33,839 nucleotides of DNA from Candidatus Saccharibacteria bacterium RIFCSPHIGHO2_02_FULL_47_12 (lineage in GTDB: Bacteria > Patescibacteriota > Saccharimonadia > Saccharimonadales > JANWIN01), in NCBI GenBank assembly GCA_001790455.1, contig MGCP01000036.1, positions 353-34,191 of the forward strand, written 5' to 3'. Shown piece by piece: positions 7,300 through 17,063 of the stretch (positions are counted from its first letter, which is position 1; each line of letters starts with the position of its first letter). The notes under the pieces are model-generated. The model was given only the letters and a program-made list of their open reading frames with translations. It did not search any database and was not told where the DNA came from. Made by a program: the position numbers and the translations under genes.

Positions 7300-8367
7300 A
7301 TGCCAAAATCAGCAACAATGACAATGGACGACTTGCTGGCGTCCACAGATATAAAGGAACTAAAGCCCGGTGACGTGGTAGAGGGGGTAATTACCTCTGT
7401 AAAGAAGCACGAAGTCTGGGTAGACCTGGGCGCCCACGGGATTGGTGTGGTTATGCGCCGTGAAATAGGCCATTCTCAAAAACTTGAGGAAGAAGCCAAG
7501 GTTACGGTTAGCGTAGTAGACCCCGAACTAGACGAAGGCTTTGCTCTGCTGTCTATGAAACGGGCAGCCAAAGACCGCGGATGGGACGAGCTAGAGCGCG
7601 TGTTTGAGGCCCAAGAAATAATTGAAATACAACCATACGATGCAAACAGAGGCGGCTTGCTTGTAGAGCTAGAAGGAATCAGGGGCTTTTTGCCAGTATC
7701 TCAGTTGGCCGCAGGCCACTACCCCAGAGTCTCTGGAGCAGATAAAGACGAGATTTTGCAGAAGCTCAACGCCTTGGTAGATGCTCCGGTGCGCGTCCGA
7801 ATCTTAGACGTTAGCAAAAAAGACAATAAGCTAATTTTCTCTGAAAAAGAGGCTATCAAGGACGACATGCAGTCTAGACTGGGCGAACTAAAGATTGGTG
7901 ACGAAGTAGAAGGCGTAATCACCGGAGTTATAGACTACGGTGCCTTTGTAAACGTAGACGGCATAGAGGGCTTGATCCATATTTCTGAAATCTCTTGGGA
8001 GCGCGTAGAAGACCCACGCGATTACGTAAAAACTGGGCAGAACGTAAAGGCAAAGATCATTGCTATAGACAAAGACAGGTTGAGCCTATCACTCAAACAA
8101 ATGAGTGAAGACCCCTGGCTTAAGGAAGTAAAATCGTTTAAGAAGGGCGAGCTGGTAGAGGGCAAGGTTACCCGCATTACTCCGTTTGGAGCTTTTGTAC
8201 AGCTGTCTTCGTCGGTTGAAGCATTGGTGCATGTGTCCGAGATGAGCAAGGACGACAGTGCTGACCCAGAAAAGATCTTTCAGTTAAACGAAAAGAAGAA
8301 GTTCAAAGTGCTTGATATTGATACCGAAGCGCGGAAAATAGCCCTGTCACTTAAGGACGCGAAATAA
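7300..8367 (+). CDS. rpsA: 30S ribosomal protein S1 (four S1 domains)
   Basis: Repeated OB-fold S1 motifs: GDVVEGVITSV, GDEVEGVITGVIDYGAFV, GQNVKAKIIAID, GELVEGKVTRITPFGAFVQL. Confidence 0.92.
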   Translation: MPKSATMTMDDLLASTDIKELKPGDVVEGVITSVKKHEVWVDLGAHGIGVVMRREIGHSQKLEEEAKVTVSVVDPELDEGFALLSMKRAAKDRGWDELERVFEAQEIIEIQPYDANRGGLLVELEGIRGFLPVSQLAAGHYPRVSGADKDEILQKLNALVDAPVRVRILDVSKKDNKLIFSEKEAIKDDMQSRLGELKIGDEVEGVITGVIDYGAFVNVDGIEGLIHISEISWERVEDPRDYVKTGQNVKAKIIAIDKDRLSLSLKQMSEDPWLKEVKSFKKGELVEGKVTRITPFGAFVQLSSSVEALVHVSEMSKDDSADPEKIFQLNEKKKFKVLDIDTEARKIALSLKDAK

Positions 8368-8404
8368 CGGCTATGTAGTTAGCAGGCTTAAAAGGAGAAT
8401 AAAG

Positions 8405-10168
8405 ATGTCGACACGCACTATCGAAATAGAAGACATGGCAACCGTCGGCACTTTAGCCGAAAAGCTTGATTTGCCAGTCTCGCAGCTCATCACTGAGCTC
8501 ATGAAAAATGGCGTAATGGCTACTGTAAATGAGAGAGTAGATTTTGACACTGCTCAGATTATAGTTAGCGAACTAAACCTAGACGTAGAGCTAAAAAAGC
8601 AAGTCTCTGAACCGTCCGCGTCCAAGCGGGAAAAACGCAAAGTTCATGAGAGCGGAGACACCCGTCCTCCGGTAGTGGCTATGATGGGGCATGTAGACCA
8701 CGGCAAGACCAGCTTGTTAGATGTAATACACGGCAAGGAAGTTACCAAAACCGAATCTGGCGGCATAACTCAGCATATAACCGCCTACCAAATAGTTCAC
8801 AACAAGCGCCCCATTACATTTTTGGACACTCCAGGTCACGCTGCCTTTGCGGCTATTCGCGAGCATGGGGCTTTGCTAACAGATTTAGTAGTTATTGTTG
8901 TAGCTGCAGATGACGGCGTAAAACCACAGACCGTAGAGGCTATACGCTTTGCTAAAAAAGCTGGTGTCAAAATTATCGTAGCCGTAAACAAGGTTGATAA
9001 ACCCGAGGCCGACGTCAATCGGGTCAAACAACAGCTAGCTGACCACGAAGTTTTGGTAGAAGGCTGGGGTGGCGACACTGTGGTGGTAGAGGTATCTGCC
9101 AAAGCAAAACAAGGAATAGATAATTTGCTAGACATGATTCTACTCTTAGCCGATGTAGAGGAGTTAAAGGCGCCAAAGTCAGGTCCGGCTGCCGGCCTTA
9201 TAATTGAATCGCATATGGTCACTGGCCGTGGTTCTGTAGCGGTAGTCTTGGTAGAGGAAGGCACCCTAAAAAAGGGTGATTTTGTAGTGGCGGGGTCGTC
9301 TTATGCCAAGATACGTAACCTAGAGACACCAGACGGAGATGTTTTAACAGAAGCAGGCCCCTCTACGCCGGTGGTCATAACCGGCTTTAAGTCTTTACCA
9401 GAGTTCGGCGATGAGTTTAAGCAGGTTAAAGACGAAAAGGTCGCACGTAGCCAAACTACAGAAGCCCAAAACGCTCAACAAGCGTCTTCTAGCAGGCAAA
9501 ACCTTGGTAGCAGCGAACTACTTCATATGATGAAAAGAATACAAGAGCTGGCAGAGCTAAACGTGATTGTTAAAGCCGATGTACAAGGCTCGCTAACCTC
9601 TGTCATAGACAGCCTTAAATCGCTTGGCACAGATGAGATTGCGGTTAGGGTAGTTGGATCTGGCATTGGCGCTGTTAGTGAGAGCGACGAACACATGGCG
9701 CAAACCAGTGGTGCAATAGTTTATGCATTTAGAGTGCCTATACCAGTTGGCACCAAACGATTGGCTGCCAGGGACCATGTGTCTATAAGGCACTATGATG
9801 TGATTTACGAACTGCTCGACGATGCTAAAGCCGGCATGAGCCTGCTACTGAGCCCTGAAATTAAAGAGACTGAACTGGGCAGGCTGATTGTACGTGGCAT
9901 ATTTAAATTGACCAAGACAGAAGTAATATGTGGTGGCGAGGTTACCAAAGGCAAGCTGAGTTTGCCTGCCCAGGCGCGTATTATGCGTGACAAAGAACAA
10001 GTGGCCGAAGTTGAAGTAGTGGCGCTTAAAAGGGGCCCTACAGATGTAACAGAAGTCAACGAGGGTGAAATGTGCGGACTTAGCTTTCATTCTAGTGCTC
10101 GAGTTGATTTGCAAGAGGGTGACCACGTAGAGCTCTTTAGGCGCGAAACGCTGCAGCGTAGTTTGTAG
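8405..10168 (+). CDS. infB: Translation initiation factor IF-2 (short N-terminus)
   Basis: GTPase motifs GHVDHGKTS, DTPGH and NKVD. The C-terminal IF-2 domains are collinear with the family. Confidence 0.95.
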   Translation: MSTRTIEIEDMATVGTLAEKLDLPVSQLITELMKNGVMATVNERVDFDTAQIIVSELNLDVELKKQVSEPSASKREKRKVHESGDTRPPVVAMMGHVDHGKTSLLDVIHGKEVTKTESGGITQHITAYQIVHNKRPITFLDTPGHAAFAAIREHGALLTDLVVIVVAADDGVKPQTVEAIRFAKKAGVKIIVAVNKVDKPEADVNRVKQQLADHEVLVEGWGGDTVVVEVSAKAKQGIDNLLDMILLLADVEELKAPKSGPAAGLIIESHMVTGRGSVAVVLVEEGTLKKGDFVVAGSSYAKIRNLETPDGDVLTEAGPSTPVVITGFKSLPEFGDEFKQVKDEKVARSQTTEAQNAQQASSSRQNLGSSELLHMMKRIQELAELNVIVKADVQGSLTSVIDSLKSLGTDEIAVRVVGSGIGAVSESDEHMAQTSGAIVYAFRVPIPVGTKRLAARDHVSIRHYDVIYELLDDAKAGMSLLLSPEIKETELGRLIVRGIFKLTKTEVICGGEVTKGKLSLPAQARIMRDKEQVAEVEVVALKRGPTDVTEVNEGEMCGLSFHSSARVDLQEGDHVELFRRETLQRSL

Positions 10169-10180
10169 ACTAGTGCACCC

Positions 10181-10209
10181 TTCAGAAAACCTATAAATTA
10201 TGGTATAAT
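10181..10209 (+). promoter_or_regulatory. Promoter for the 10220 ORF
   Basis: TTCAGA, 17-nt spacer, TATAAT (10204-10209) with an extended TG at 10201-10202. The ATG is 10 nt downstream, with no SD. Confidence 0.55.
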
Positions 10210-10219
10210 ATCTCTTACT

Positions 10220-11455
10220 ATGCCGGAGTTTGCGGGTCCGCAACCATATAAGGAAAAAGACGAAGAAAAGCTGGACAAAAAAGGGCGTAAAAAACGCTCA
10301 TATGTAGCCAGCCCTTTAGATGCGCTTTTGAAACACTGGCGTGGCAGTGAGGCTGAAGCAGCAAACCAAGAAGCGGACAAAGAGCATGGACTCTGGAGGA
10401 AAGTGGTTAGCCTGTTTAAGAGGTCAAACCTAGAGATTATACCCCAGCCAGAACTAGTCTCAGACGCTGCAGAGGTATTAGAATATACCGATGCGTTTGA
10501 AACACACGAACCAAATGAACCAAGCGCAGAAATAGATAATACTGCTACCACTGTGCCCGAATCTTATACAGCCGCCGAAAAAACAGAAATCGATAGCGGC
10601 GAACTACTTATAGACCACAGTGAGGCAGAAGAAATACTACCGGTAGTAGAGGAAACCCAGGGAGAACAAATAATTGCCCCCGTAGATTTACCGGTTGAAT
10701 CTACTGCCGGGCAACAAAGACAGTCGGAAGCTCCCGAGTCCGTGGGTAGTATTGTAGAGCGCATGAGTGTTCGCCCAGAAACGGTTGCTAGTACAGCTCG
10801 TGCCCAAGAATACTTGCTAGAAAGGCAAGAAAAGCCGCTTAAGCGTGATGTAAGGCGCCTAAAATACCGCAATCGCCAGCAGTTTAATCGCCAGAAGGCT
10901 CTAGAGCGAAGGCAGAGAGAGCTAGAGAAACAATTAAAAGAAGGCCTGGAGCGCGAGGCTCTGGCCCATAATCTAGAAACGGTCCAAAGACCTTCGACGC
11001 CAACTATTGAACGCGCACCAGAAAGGAATATATCTCCGCCAACTCCCGTAGCGACCGAACTTCACCCCCTGCAGTTTAAAGAATTGATAGAGCACAAGCC
11101 TGAATCTGGCAAAGCAGAGGACGTTCTGGAGCGCGTAGAAATAGCCGCCAAAGAAAATGTTCCCATAGAGCAGCTATACGAACGTCGCCATGAAATAAAA
11201 GACGAATCTTCTAGCCTAACCTCTGGCACTAGGACTGGTATGGGAGGCGGCTCTGAACGCCTAGAAGCATCCAGTAAACGTTTGGCTAAGACCTTGGAAT
11301 CAGCTTCAATTGTAATGAAGGACATTGCCTCTGTGGTAAAACCTGACCAACTGACCCGTAACAACCCCGATCTTTACCAGCAGTCCATGAAGAGCGGTTT
11401 TTGGGCGGCCATAGTTATACTGGTACTTATTGTTTTAGCAAGTCTGATAAAATAG
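10220..11455 (+). CDS. Acidic, low-complexity, coiled-coil-like protein with a single C-terminal TM helix (tail-anchored)
   Basis: 411 aa, rich in E/K/R/Q (RRQRELEKQLKEGLEREAL). The only hydrophobic segment is at the extreme C-terminus (FWAAIVILVLIVLASLI). Confidence 0.7.
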   Translation: MPEFAGPQPYKEKDEEKLDKKGRKKRSYVASPLDALLKHWRGSEAEAANQEADKEHGLWRKVVSLFKRSNLEIIPQPELVSDAAEVLEYTDAFETHEPNEPSAEIDNTATTVPESYTAAEKTEIDSGELLIDHSEAEEILPVVEETQGEQIIAPVDLPVESTAGQQRQSEAPESVGSIVERMSVRPETVASTARAQEYLLERQEKPLKRDVRRLKYRNRQQFNRQKALERRQRELEKQLKEGLEREALAHNLETVQRPSTPTIERAPERNISPPTPVATELHPLQFKELIEHKPESGKAEDVLERVEIAAKENVPIEQLYERRHEIKDESSSLTSGTRTGMGGGSERLEASSKRLAKTLESASIVMKDIASVVKPDQLTRNNPDLYQQSMKSGFWAAIVILVLIVLASLIK

Positions 11456-11470
11456 CAGAAAAGGAGAGAT

Positions 11471-11806
11471 ATGTTTAAACTTGACGAAAATTTACTAAAA
11501 GAACTGGGTCTGGGTACTCTTCCGGCGGCCGAAAAAAACAAAATGCTGGGGCATATTTATGAAACGCTCGAAATGCGAGTGGGCATGAAGCTAGCAGAAC
11601 AGATGAGTAACGAACAGCTAGATGAGTTTGAGGCCTTTATAGACAAAAATGACGAAGCCGGAGCGTTGAAGTGGCTAGAGACCAATTTTCCCAATTATAA
11701 GCAGGTGGTTGCAGACGAGCTTGAGAGCCTAAAAGCAGAAATTAAACAGGCTGCTCCTCAGATTATTGCTGCCAGCCAGGCCGACCATGGACAGACTGCC
11801 ACCTAA
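11471..11806 (+). CDS. Small acidic helical protein (resembles the DUF5663 family, from memory)
   Basis: 111 aa. SD AAAGGAG lies 8 nt upstream. N-terminus LLKELGLGTLPAAEKNKMLGHIYETLEMRVG. Confidence 0.6.
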   Translation: MFKLDENLLKELGLGTLPAAEKNKMLGHIYETLEMRVGMKLAEQMSNEQLDEFEAFIDKNDEAGALKWLETNFPNYKQVVADELESLKAEIKQAAPQIIAASQADHGQTAT

Positions 11807-11873
11807 AAAGCCAGGTTGCAAGATGACAAAAACAGCAACTGTGACGAAATGAAGAGGCTAATAGAGGGATTGT

Positions 11874-12764
11874 CTATCTGATATTTTGCAGGTAGCCTCT
11901 TATAAATTCGGCACCTGTCATTTCGTTTTTGCCGGCTGGTTTGAGATGATCAACAACCAGCGAATCCTTACCCGTTCCTATCAGTAACTGCTTATCCCTA
12001 ATGCTAACATTACCTGGCTTATTGCTGTCTTCTACTACACGAGCCCCAAGAACAATCACTTCTTTACCAGCCAATTCTGTGCGACTGCCAGGCCAGCCTG
12101 CAAAGGCGCGAACTTCTCGTTCAATCTGTTCTGCTGGCTTGTTCCAGTCTATAATGCCATCTTCTTTAACAAGTTTGCGAGTATAAGTTGCGCGGTCCGG
12201 GTGGGGTTGGTTGCGCGGTTTGACCTTGCCGGAAACATACAGTGGCAAATACTCTGCTAGCAGCGAATTGCTCAGTTCCACTAGCTCTCTGGTAAGGCTT
12301 GGAGTAGTAGCATCTGGTTTGATGTGCAAGGTCTTTTGGGTAATCAACTTACCGGTGTCCATTTTTTCGTCAATAAGCATCAGGCTGACACCTGTTTTTT
12401 CGTGTCCTTCCAAAATGGCAAAGGTAATGGGGTCGGCTCCACGTAGCTTTGGTAACAGGGAAAAGTGGCTGTTTACAACACCAAGTTGAAAAGTATCTAT
12501 AACTTTTTTTGGCACAATCACACCGAAATCTACCAATATTCCCAACTTGCTTTGGAATTGCTGCTTGCCCATGAGTTCATCAAGCTCGGTGGCATTTTGA
12601 ACGGCAAACACCGCTAAATTGCCAACCAGTTCAGCCATTTCACCCTTGGTAGCAGGCTTAGTTACAATAGCCTCAACATCAAAGTGTTGCAAAATGAACT
12701 GGAGCGAGGCCTTGGCAACCGGCCCGCTACCAAAGAATAGGATTGGATTTGACATCTTTTTCAT
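11874..12764 (-). CDS. fmt: Methionyl-tRNA formyltransferase
   Basis: FFGSGPVA N-terminus and HFSLLPKLRGADP motif. The C-terminal domain is present. It lies downstream of def. Confidence 0.92.
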   Translation of the reverse strand: MKKMSNPILFFGSGPVAKASLQFILQHFDVEAIVTKPATKGEMAELVGNLAVFAVQNATELDELMGKQQFQSKLGILVDFGVIVPKKVIDTFQLGVVNSHFSLLPKLRGADPITFAILEGHEKTGVSLMLIDEKMDTGKLITQKTLHIKPDATTPSLTRELVELSNSLLAEYLPLYVSGKVKPRNQPHPDRATYTRKLVKEDGIIDWNKPAEQIEREVRAFAGWPGSRTELAGKEVIVLGARVVEDSNKPGNVSIRDKQLLIGTGKDSLVVDHLKPAGKNEMTGAEFIRGYLQNIR

Positions 12765-13302
12765 AATCTAGCGATTCTAATTTACCATCTGCTTTTAGCC
12801 TAAAGAAAGCCTCTGGCTTGTCCTTTATGTGGTCTACAAAAACTATACCTTTGGTATGGTCGATCTCATGTTGAAATACTCGGGCTAAAAACCCCTCGGC
12901 GGTTACGCGGATCTGTTTGCCGTTTAGATCTTGCGCCTTAACCCGAACCTTATTGTATCTGGGTACCTGGCCATAAATATCTGGTACGCTTAGGCAACCC
13001 TCAAAGTCCTCCACAACCTCACCCTCGTACTTTGTAACTTCCGGATTTATAAAGACACTGAACGTTCGGTCGTCTTTGTTGTCAAAGTCATTACGAATTA
13101 CCACCACTTTAAATGGTTTATCTAGCTGAATAGCTGCCAGTGCTACACCAATCTCGTGATTACGACTATCTTCCCAGTCTAGGGTAGCGTCTTCCATGTC
13201 TTTTACCAGACCCTTGACCTCGTCTGTGACAATGCCAACTTTGCCTGAACGCTGCCTCAGATGTTTATTTGGCAGCGCAATAATGTCTTTTAGACTCGCC
13301 AT
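12727..13302 (-). CDS. def: Peptide deformylase
   Basis: Motifs GVALAAIQL, EGCLSVP and QHEIDH. It overlaps the fmt start by 38 nt. Confidence 0.93.
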   Translation of the reverse strand: MASLKDIIALPNKHLRQRSGKVGIVTDEVKGLVKDMEDATLDWEDSRNHEIGVALAAIQLDKPFKVVVIRNDFDNKDDRTFSVFINPEVTKYEGEVVEDFEGCLSVPDIYGQVPRYNKVRVKAQDLNGKQIRVTAEGFLARVFQHEIDHTKGIVFVDHIKDKPEAFFRLKADGKLESLDYEKDVKSNPILW

Positions 13303-13328
13303 TACCCATCAGTATAACAGAGACAGGC

Positions 13329-15278
13329 CTACAATAAATTAATTGGATCAATGTCGTATTTACAACTTGCTGGCAGGCTGGCAATAATCTTTAAAAGCTC
13401 AGCTCTGTCTTTGGCCTTTATTACCAGCTGCCAGTGAAAGCTACCGCGCGATTTTTCATAAAAAGCCGGGCTGGGGCCAACAATTTGTATTTTGTAGTGA
13501 TCGGCCCCGAGCTTATGCCTTAGGTCTGTTGCGGCTAACTCTGCAGTCTTTTGGGTCTTTCTGGCTACAGATAATCGCAAGATGTGGTAAAACGGTGGAA
13601 AGCCAAACTTACGGCGCTGTTCGATCTCTGCCTCATAAAAAGCGCCCCAATCTTTTTTAATAGCCGCCTGTAGGGAAGGGCCAGCAGGTTGAAACGTCTG
13701 TATAACTGCGTGTCCGGGTTTGTGCCCGCGTCCTATGCGTCCAATAATCTGGTATAGCAACTGGTAGGTGCGCTCTTCGGCCGTAAAATCGGGAAATTGC
13801 AGGCTGCTATCTGCATTTATTACGCCAATTAGCGACAGATTGGGCAGATCCAAACCCTTGCCCAGCATCTGTGTGCCAACCAAAATGTCCACGTCACCCT
13901 TTACTATTGCCTCGTAGTGTTTCTCAAGCTTCTCTGTGGCGCTGTTGTCGGTGTCAAAGCGGCGTATAGTTGCCTTAGGAAACATGGACCCTAGGGCTTC
14001 CGCAATTGCTTTAGTGCCTGCGCTTTTAAATAAAATGTCTGTGCTGTTACACGAAGGGCAGCGAGTAGGCGTTGTTTGCTTGTAGCCGCACGTATGGCAG
14101 CGCAGCAGGTGGCTGTCGTGGTGATATGTAAGTGGTAGGTTACAGACTGGGCAAGTGGCTTGCCAGCCGCAGTTTTGACACAGCACCAATCTGGCACTGC
14201 CTCTGCGGTTGAGGAATACCAGCGCTTGCTCGTTTGAATTCAAAGTAGCTTGCAGAGCCTTCAATAGAGCGTCTGAAAGGTACGGGTGGCGCGTAAACGT
14301 TTTCCGATCTCGCAGATTTACAACTTCTATGTCAGGTTTTGGATGAGGACTGTCTATTGCCAATTTTTCCATGCGTAAGATTGGTATATTTTTGGCTATC
14401 GCAAAATAATACTCACCTACACCTGGGGTTGCGCTTCCGGTTATTAGTTTTGCTTTGTGTAGTTCAGCCAGTTTAGCCGCGACCCTCAGTGCATGGTAGT
14501 GAGGTGCCTGCTCTTGTTTGTATGATGGTTCGTGTGCCTCGTCTACTACTATTAGTCCAATGTTTTTCATTGGGCTAAACAGGGCAGAGCGTGGTCCAAT
14601 TACAACCTGTGGGCCTTTGTTTTGTAAGATTCCCGTCCATGTGTCACGCCGTGTGGCGGGCGCTAGATTGGAATGAAATACAGATACGGGTGCCTCTAAA
14701 GCGCCACTAAAAACCCCGGCAAGCTGGGGTACCAAACCAATCTCGGGTGTTAACACAAGCACAGACTTACCTTCGCTCATTGTTTGTTTGGCCAGCTCCA
14801 GGTAGATACGCGTCTTGCCGCTGCCAGTCTCGCCGTGGAGCAGCCATGAACTGCCGGATTTGGCTTGGCCTGCTATGGTTTTTAGCACAGTCTTTTGTTC
14901 GGTGGTTAGGTTGGGTAGGGGGTGAGGACGCTTGGCCCTGGACTTTACCGGTTCTGGCTCTTTTTTGGGTGTTTGCACCAAACTAGAGGGTAAAAACTGG
15001 CTGTTGATTGAACCAAGTGGAGCGGGGTAATAGTTGCGAATCCATTTGAGCAGGTCTAGTAGTGCTGGTGGTAGCGGATCGGGACTCACAACCCGGATGA
15101 TGCTCCTGGTCGCAAATTGCGGCTTGGTATCTTTGGACACAACAATCCCGGGAACTTCTTGTTTTTGCAGGGGTACAACCACAACACTACCAATGCTTAG
15201 CTGGTCAGACGAAGAATATGTTAGTGCGTCTTGTCCGTGGTAGCGCAAACTACTAGGTAGCACCTTGTAAAAACCCAT
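13329..15278 (-). CDS. priA: Primosomal protein N' (PriA helicase)
   Basis: Walker A GETGSGKT, DEAH box VVDEAH, and a Cys-rich zinc insert CQNCGW..CPVC..CHTCG..CPSC. Confidence 0.93.
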   Translation of the reverse strand: MGFYKVLPSSLRYHGQDALTYSSSDQLSIGSVVVVPLQKQEVPGIVVSKDTKPQFATRSIIRVVSPDPLPPALLDLLKWIRNYYPAPLGSINSQFLPSSLVQTPKKEPEPVKSRAKRPHPLPNLTTEQKTVLKTIAGQAKSGSSWLLHGETGSGKTRIYLELAKQTMSEGKSVLVLTPEIGLVPQLAGVFSGALEAPVSVFHSNLAPATRRDTWTGILQNKGPQVVIGPRSALFSPMKNIGLIVVDEAHEPSYKQEQAPHYHALRVAAKLAELHKAKLITGSATPGVGEYYFAIAKNIPILRMEKLAIDSPHPKPDIEVVNLRDRKTFTRHPYLSDALLKALQATLNSNEQALVFLNRRGSARLVLCQNCGWQATCPVCNLPLTYHHDSHLLRCHTCGYKQTTPTRCPSCNSTDILFKSAGTKAIAEALGSMFPKATIRRFDTDNSATEKLEKHYEAIVKGDVDILVGTQMLGKGLDLPNLSLIGVINADSSLQFPDFTAEERTYQLLYQIIGRIGRGHKPGHAVIQTFQPAGPSLQAAIKKDWGAFYEAEIEQRRKFGFPPFYHILRLSVARKTQKTAELAATDLRHKLGADHYKIQIVGPSPAFYEKSRGSFHWQLVIKAKDRAELLKIIASLPASCKYDIDPINLL

Positions 15279-15314
15279 AGTCCCTACATTATAACGACCA
15301 ATGCCATAAAAAAG

Positions 15315-15343
15315 TTGTCAACACGTAAAGTAGTCGCTATACT
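15315..15343 (+). promoter_or_regulatory. Promoter of the wHTH regulator gene
   Basis: TTGTCA, 17-nt spacer, TATACT (15338-15343). Confidence 0.6.
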
Positions 15344-15377
15344 TTGATTTACGTTGTTCTAATAACAATATACGCTT

Positions 15378-15665
15378 ATGTTAGATGTGTTTATAACCTC
15401 CAGAGTGCGGCGCAAAATCATTGTGGTTTATGCAAAGTACCCAGATTTTAAGACCCACGTAAGGGGTCTGGCTAAGCTTATCAAAGAAGATGCAGGCAAT
15501 ATCCAGCGCGAGCTAAAGCGTTTAGAAAAGATCGGGTTTCTGATATCTGAAAAACAAGGTAACACCAAGATTTACCACACCAACAAACAGTTCCCAATTT
15601 TTAAAGAACTCCAAAGTATAGTGTTGAAGTCACAACGTCCCGGCCAACACAGACCGACTATTTAA
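15378..15665 (+). CDS. Small winged-helix transcriptional regulator (ArsR/MarR-like)
   Basis: 95 aa. RRKIIVVYAKYP..HVRGLAKLIKEDAGNIQRELKRLEKIGFLISEKQGNTKIY is a typical wHTH layout. Confidence 0.65.
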   Translation: MLDVFITSRVRRKIIVVYAKYPDFKTHVRGLAKLIKEDAGNIQRELKRLEKIGFLISEKQGNTKIYHTNKQFPIFKELQSIVLKSQRPGQHRPTI

Positions 15666-15674
15666 TAACTCAAG

Positions 15675-15703
15675 TTGCAGGCTTACCTCTGTTTTAGTAT
15701 AAT
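15675..15703 (+). promoter_or_regulatory. rpsU promoter (near-leaderless)
   Basis: TTGCAG, 17-nt spacer, TATAAT (15698-15703). The ATG is 8 nt downstream. Confidence 0.65.
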
Positions 15704-15711
15704 CTTGTCTT

Positions 15712-15927
15712 ATGATACAAGTTACACGCAAGGATTCTAAAGAATCACTAGAAAATATGATTCGGCGCTTCAACCGCAAGGTTCAGCAGTCTGGTTTGCT
15801 CACAACTGCAAAAGGGCAGCAATACTTTGAGAAACCCATCAGCAAAACTGACAGGCGAAAAAAGGCCATCGTACGGCAAGAGCGCAGGGCCCTAAAGCTC
15901 AAAAAGATCAAACTCGGACAGAAGTAA
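15712..15927 (+). CDS. rpsU: 30S ribosomal protein S21
   Basis: 71 aa, basic. ESLENMIRRFNRKVQQSGLL...KPISKTDRRKKA is the S21 pattern. Confidence 0.9.
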   Translation: MIQVTRKDSKESLENMIRRFNRKVQQSGLLTTAKGQQYFEKPISKTDRRKKAIVRQERRALKLKKIKLGQK

Positions 15928-16077
15928 GCATCTGCTGCTGCAACGCTACAGATAAAAACGTGGGGAACTATACTTCTCACTGTAACGTTGCACCTGAAAG
16001 AACTGAGCTGGGGTTGCTTTCCCTAAAAACGGAAATTTTTTATAACAGATAATTTTTGATACACTTCTTTTGAAATC

Positions 16078-16527
16078 ATGAGTTTAAAACAACAGATTGA
16101 CCAAGACCTAAAGCAGGCCATGTTGGCTGGTGACAAAATGCTTGTAACCACGCTGCGCGGCCTAAAGAGCGCTATTTTAAATGAAGAAGTGGCCAAGGGC
16201 GTTCGTGAAACCGGACTGCCCGACGATGACATTGTGAATTTATTTACAAAAGAGGCCAAAAAACGCCAAGAGAGTGCCGACTTGTTTAAACAGGGGGGCA
16301 ACGACGAAAAAGCCAGCCAAGAGCTGGCAGAAAAAGAAGTCATAAATAATTATCTGCCAGAACAGATGAGCGAAGAGGATCTGGCCAAGCTAGTTGACGT
16401 GGCTATAGCGAGCATGGGCAAGGATCCTGCCAAAATGGGGCAGATTATAGGTGCGGTCAAACAAAAAGCTGGCGCAGGCGCAGATGGCGCAGCCATTGCT
16501 AGCCTAGTAAAACAGAGGTTGCAATGA
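16078..16527 (+). CDS. yqeY: GatB/YqeY domain protein
   Basis: 149 aa. LKQQIDQDLKQAMLAGDKMLVTTLRGLKSAI is a typical YqeY N-terminus. Confidence 0.85.
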   Translation: MSLKQQIDQDLKQAMLAGDKMLVTTLRGLKSAILNEEVAKGVRETGLPDDDIVNLFTKEAKKRQESADLFKQGGNDEKASQELAEKEVINNYLPEQMSEEDLAKLVDVAIASMGKDPAKMGQIIGAVKQKAGAGADGAAIASLVKQRLQ

Positions 16528-17063
16528 TACTGCTCATAGGTGTAGCGGGAAGCGGCAAAAGCACTCAGGGCAAGATGCTAGCTGACCAAAAAGGTTACGC
16601 TTGGCTATCGACGGGCGAGATTTTGCGTGTATTAATTACAGGGAGCCGCCGCCAGGAGATGCTCGAGGGCAAGTTACTCACGGACGAAGAAGTGATTAAC
16701 GTAGTAGACAAGGTGCTGGAGCTGATTGATCCAAATGATGAATTTGTGCTGGATGGTTTTCCTCGCACCCTAAAACAGCTTGATTGGTTGCTAAAGCAGG
16801 AAAAGAGTGGCCGTTTTTCTCGCATACTGGTGTTTCACCTAACGGCTTCAGAAAAAGTCGTGCATGACCGGCTGCGCCAGCGAGGGAGGCTAGATGACAG
16901 CGAAGAAGCCATTGCAAAACGGTTTGACGAATACAGAGCTCTTACGCTGCCCATAATTCAAAAGTTAAAACAGGCAGGCACTACGGTGGTAGAAATAGAC
17001 GCAGGCAACAACCCAGAGGATATTCATAAACAGATCATGAAACAGATTAACGGGCCAAGGTAA
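16524..17063 (+). CDS. adk: Adenylate kinase (short form, no Cys4 lid)
   Basis: P-loop GVAGSGKST, then LDGFPRT and RLRQRGRLDD. ATGA overlap with yqeY. Confidence 0.88.
   Translation: MILLIGVAGSGKSTQGKMLADQKGYAWLSTGEILRVLITGSRRQEMLEGKLLTDEEVINVVDKVLELIDPNDEFVLDGFPRTLKQLDWLLKQEKSGRFSRILVFHLTASEKVVHDRLRQRGRLDDSEEAIAKRFDEYRALTLPIIQKLKQAGTTVVEIDAGNNPEDIHKQIMKQINGPR

Noticed and set aside
16023-16343. Track ORF on the - strand (106 aa) antisense to yqeY, and similar antisense ORFs within infB, ftsA, ftsZ, priA, ileS and nrdJ
   Set aside because: They are fully embedded opposite well-supported conserved genes. They are S/T/P/A-rich with no motifs.
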